20,000 bases of DNA from an uncultured virus (IMG/VR IMGVR_UViG_3300028215_000034) (lineage: Duplodnaviria; Heunggongvirae; Uroviricota; Caudoviricetes; Schitoviridae). The position numbers and the translations under genes are program-made. Positions 16,301 to 20,000 of this stretch are shown piece by piece. How positions within the stretch are numbered: the stretch's first letter is position 1; each line of letters starts with the position of its first letter. The stretch lies in IMG/VR virus record IMGVR_UViG_3300028215_000034; one strand, given 5' to 3'. The notes beneath the pieces were generated by a model that saw only the letters and a program-made list of their open reading frames with translations, did not search any database and was not told the origin of the DNA.

Positions 16301-19300
16301 CCTCGCAATGACTGCCAAAAGCCGTCTGCCCGTATGACTTTCGGGTTTTTGATACTGAGGTAAACCGGCATCACCTGGCCGCCACCCGCGTATTTTGATG
16401 CAAGTTCTTGGTTATCTGTGAAGTATGCTCCGGCTCCGCCTACCTTTCCGTCCGTATCAAACTCCGTAAACTCTGCGCTCGTTCCGTGATAAACAACCAA
16501 CGGCGCACCACTCTCATTCACCACCCTGCTATCGCCAAACCATTCACGGAATGCGGCAGTGTTGGTCTGGCCGCTGCGGCTGAAATACGCCTCAGCCTGC
16601 GCAATCTCATCGTTGACGGATTGAACGGTTACAACGGACTCGTCCCAGATGACGTAGTTGTGCGTTGCTCCATCGGCTGCATCAATCCGGCTGTCGCCGT
16701 CCAGGTATCGCAGGCCGGGTACGCCTTTCTCGCCCAGTTGGCGGGATATTTCGCTGTCCTCCATGTTTTCCATGAGGTTGTCGCGCCATTCACGGTAGTC
16801 ACCGCCCTCGTCTTGCGCTGCAATCCACGAATCAAAGGTGCCCGCACCAAGGCTTTCGTCGGTTACTGCGCGAACGGCAGCAGTGACGCCTTCGGGCTGG
16901 TCGCCCAGGTTCTTGTTGTAATCAAGCAAGTCGGAGTCGTCGGGGATTTCTACCTCGTAAATATTTCCAACTTTTTCGACGGCGGTAAGCAAGCGGTCAG
17001 ATGGGTCGAAGCGGTTAAGGTTTCCTTTCTTGAGTGCGGCATTGATTGCCTGGGATGGGTAGTCGAAACCCAGCAGGTCGTCAGCTATCAGCGCGTCAAT
17101 AAACTCTCTCTCATTAGCGGGAAGGTCTGCATTTTCTGCCCACTCAAGAAAGTCATCGTACTCTGCATCTTCTGGCAGCTGCTCAAGAAACTTGTCAGCT
17201 ATGGCAACCTTTGACACTTCGGTTCGGTAATAGTCCGCAATGTCACGACTACCTGCAAAGTATAATCCCCATCCATAAGCCTGAGCGCCCTCGCCTGTGC
17301 CCATGGCCTCAAGGCTAAACTTATCAAACCTGTGCGGGGTGCCGTGATAGGCGCGGCGGAAGTTTTTATCTGCACTGCTCGGCAGCGAGAACCCTCCACG
17401 CTCAACCGTCCGCTGCGCCCCTGCCAGAATTCCAAGCAGGTCAGCTTCCGTCATTTCCAGCGTAAAGCCCATCTTGCGAATGGCATCACGCACCGCGGCC
17501 ACAATCTTGCTCCACAATTTCTGGTGCTTACCAGTCCCCGCCAGGTGCGCCAGCAGTTCTTCGGCCACGGTCATGCGGTGATCTGGATTGCTTGCGCTGA
17601 AATCGCCGCCTGGGTAATAGTTGCGAATGACCTCTTTCATTTCGGCGGTGCCGGCAAAGTTCAGATACACCTGATTCAGCAGCGGCTTCAGCTCGGCGCC
17701 TACCAGCTTGCGCAGACCGTAGTGGCCCACGACTTCGTGCAGAACAACCTCTTCCATGGATGCCCGAGCAGGCAGGCGTGAGGCCAGAATGTACACCTTG
17801 CCCTCGAAAAACACGCCGCGCATATCGCCTTCGGCTTGAGCTTCGCGTATCGCCTGGCGCAGCTTGCTCGGGAACTCACTGATCCGGTCAGCAATAACGA
17901 TGTCAGGCTTGGCCGTCCAGCCTTTCAGCAGTTCGTCCTTGATGATTTCAGCCTGGGCTGCGGTTAGGTTGGGGGTGGCCTGGGTGGGGCTGCGACGGAA
18001 GCCTTCGCGTGAAAAGCGCACATCACCGTCACCTGTAGCGGCAACATGCTTTGCCCGAATGAAAACCCGCCATCTTTCTTGAAGGTGTACGGGTCAATCT
18101 CTTTGGCCTGCTCTTTGGTCAGGTCAGTGGCGACAACGCCTTTTAGCTCCTTGCCTTTCCGCGTGGTGTGCGTGATTAGCTCGGCATTGGTGGTGTACGT
18201 ATTGCCATCAACGGTTCCGCTTGCGCCTTTTGGTTCGGCAACCTGCTCTACTTCAGCCTCCACCACTTCCCTGGGTGGAATTTCAGCGTTTTCGATTCGA
18301 TCAAAGAAGGCGTTTATATCCGTTTCGCCCGAGTAGTCGCGGTTGATTTGCTGCGGTGCGCTCGCACCCTTGTCAATGACGACAACGCGGGTCATTACCT
18401 TGGTGCCGGCACGCTCAAACATGACGGCCGGCATCTTTATATCCGCAACCAGATTTAGGTCGGCGTGAACCATGCGGCCCTTTGCATCTTCCTCGTACAG
18501 CCACTTGTCGAATTTCTTATCTGCGGCTGGGCCTGTCGGAATAATAGCGACAACGCGCCCACCGTCCCGTAGGTGTTTGGCGGCTTTTGCCAGGTGATCT
18601 ACGGCAGTTCGCCCGCCAGATCCAAACGGCGGATTCATGGCAATGGCATCGTATTTGTTGACGATGCTGTGATTCTCAAACGTGCCGCGCTCAATCTTTC
18701 CGTCAAATACCATGGCCAGCCGCGAAGAAAGCTCCTGGCTCGGCTCAATGCTGGTGCGCTTTACGTCGTCACGGAACCATCGAGCAATGGCGCCATGGCC
18801 GGCGCTGGGTTCAAGGGCTGACTCGCCAGATCGCGCATCAGCCCACTGGGTCATCATGTAACCCACAGGCTCCGGCGTGGCAAAGTACGTCCGTTACCCC
18901 TTCTTGCGCCTTGGTGCGGCTGTTCTTTTTCTGGGTGCCGTGATAGAACGCTTTGGCCCGGTCGTACTCGGTTAGCGCTTCGTTGGCTGCCCGGTCACGC
19001 TCTTTGCCGCCTTTCCCTTCGCCGTCATCCCCTGCCCGGTAATCGCCAGATTCCTCAAAGCCGCTTATAAAGGCGTCCTTGAGTGCGCGGGCTTGCTCGC
19101 CCATGCCAAGGTTCTCGGCGGCACTGGCGCGGGTGGCAATCGTGGTTGCAAACGCCCACCGCTCCCAGTTAGTACCGGTGTTCAGGTAGCGGAATATTGC
19201 ATCCGTCACCTGGCCGGTGCGGTAAATGCGGCCCTCTTGCTGTATTGCGGTTGTGGGCTGAGTGGGCTGGCCAAGATTGAACAGCACCCGCTGGTGAGCG

Positions 19301-20000
19301 CCTGTAGTGTCATGCAGACTAATGCCTTCCTTGCCCGCTGCAGACTGAACAATAATGAGGTTTTTACCGCTGTCGTCATTCTGAAAGTCGGCAACCATCT
19401 GGCGCCGGTCTTTGGTAGGCGTATCGCCGTTGAACACCATCGCGTCAGGGAATGCGCCGCTAAGCTCATCCACGGCGCTCATCATCTTCCCCAGTGGTGC
19501 GTTAACCAAATCCTTAAACTCTCGCTGGAACGCTTCATATACGCTGTTACCGGCAGGCACGGCGCCCTTGAACGGGTTGAAGCCTCCGCCTTTCTTGTAG
19601 TCGTGAAACACCACCACCTTGCGACCCATGGCCAGGTGCTCGCGTATCAGTGGTGCAGACTCCTGAGCCTTGATAGCCTCCAGTAGAAAGCGGCGCGAAA
19701 GGTAATCGAATTTATCCGAAATCGCCTTGCGCAGAATGCTGGCCTCTACTGAAACGGCATCGCCGGCCAGTTCGCCATTTTGGTCGCTCACCCATGCCAG
19801 CGCCTCATCGATGCGAACGCCAATGGCCGAGTCCACCAAAATAAACTTGCGGTCATAATCCGCCTCAACGTCCAGCATTCGGGTAGACAGTGATCCGCGC
19901 TTCCCTCATCCCAAGAGTTGAATTTGACGCTGCATGATCCCGCGGTCTACTTTGGCGTCCGGCTGCGTCAGCTTGTTGTAGCGCATCGAGTAACCGAGTG
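13323..20000 (-). CDS. Giant DarB-like polyvalent protein (5' end outside window): SF2 helicase C-domain, N6-adenine MTase, HExxxH peptidase-like domain, two ART-like domains, LPD38-like C-terminus
   Basis: Five ORF-track pieces join through small indels at about 19903-19923, 18888-18900, 18062-18065, 15212-15216 and 14698-14703. Motifs: QSAAGKEGISLHD and QQEGRIYRTGQ; YFATPE, LEPSAGHG, NPPF; LHEVVGHYG..AEELLA; YHGT..GLYFA..NYVIWD; YHGT..GAYFTD..GYDGII; VNFNRRG, LFMFANASVQG, IPLPYG. Confidence 0.85.

Noticed and set aside
13945..19686. Plus-strand ORFs (e.g. 16408..17214, 19093..19686) and alternate-frame minus ORFs
   Set aside because: These are shadows of the GC-rich giant gene with no recognisable motifs.
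13323..20000. N4 virion RNA polymerase, expected for a giant opposite-strand gene
   Set aside because: No T7-like RNAP motifs are recognisable; the motifs are helicase, MTase, ART-like and LPD38-like.
13323..20000. Pseudogene or five separate genes
   Set aside because: Breaks lie almost all in homopolymers, internal ATGs lack clear RBSs, and the repaired junctions read continuously.

Overview
Phage DNA with two distinct halves. Positions 1 to about 10900 (+ strand, mid-40s %GC in sampled lines) form an N4-like (Schitoviridae-type) middle/replication module. It encodes a MoxR-like AAA ATPase, a metallopeptidase-vWA partner, an SF1B helicase, a family A DNA polymerase, glutaredoxin, dCMP deaminase, an HTH protein and small hypotheticals. 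Two structured intergenic elements (9695-9777 and 10017-10133) flank one small ORF. Positions 10926-12700 hold modular, internally repeated small ORFs, followed by one or two small membrane genes. Positions 13323-20000 (- strand, higher GC) are the 3' part of one giant gene of over 2200 aa, a DarB-like polyvalent protein: SF2 helicase C-domain, adenine MTase, HExxxH peptidase-like domain, two tandem ADP-ribosyltransferase-like domains and an LPD38-like C-terminus. Nearly all frame breaks (polymerase, giant gene, others) sit in homopolymer runs and look like sequencing indels. Best leads are the candidate sRNA with an anti-SD loop, the RBS-occluding leader, the two-ART polyvalent protein next to an N4-like replication module (true mosaic or chimeric assembly), and the repeat-bounded gene cassettes. 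All family assignments come from motif recognition by eye; no searches were run.
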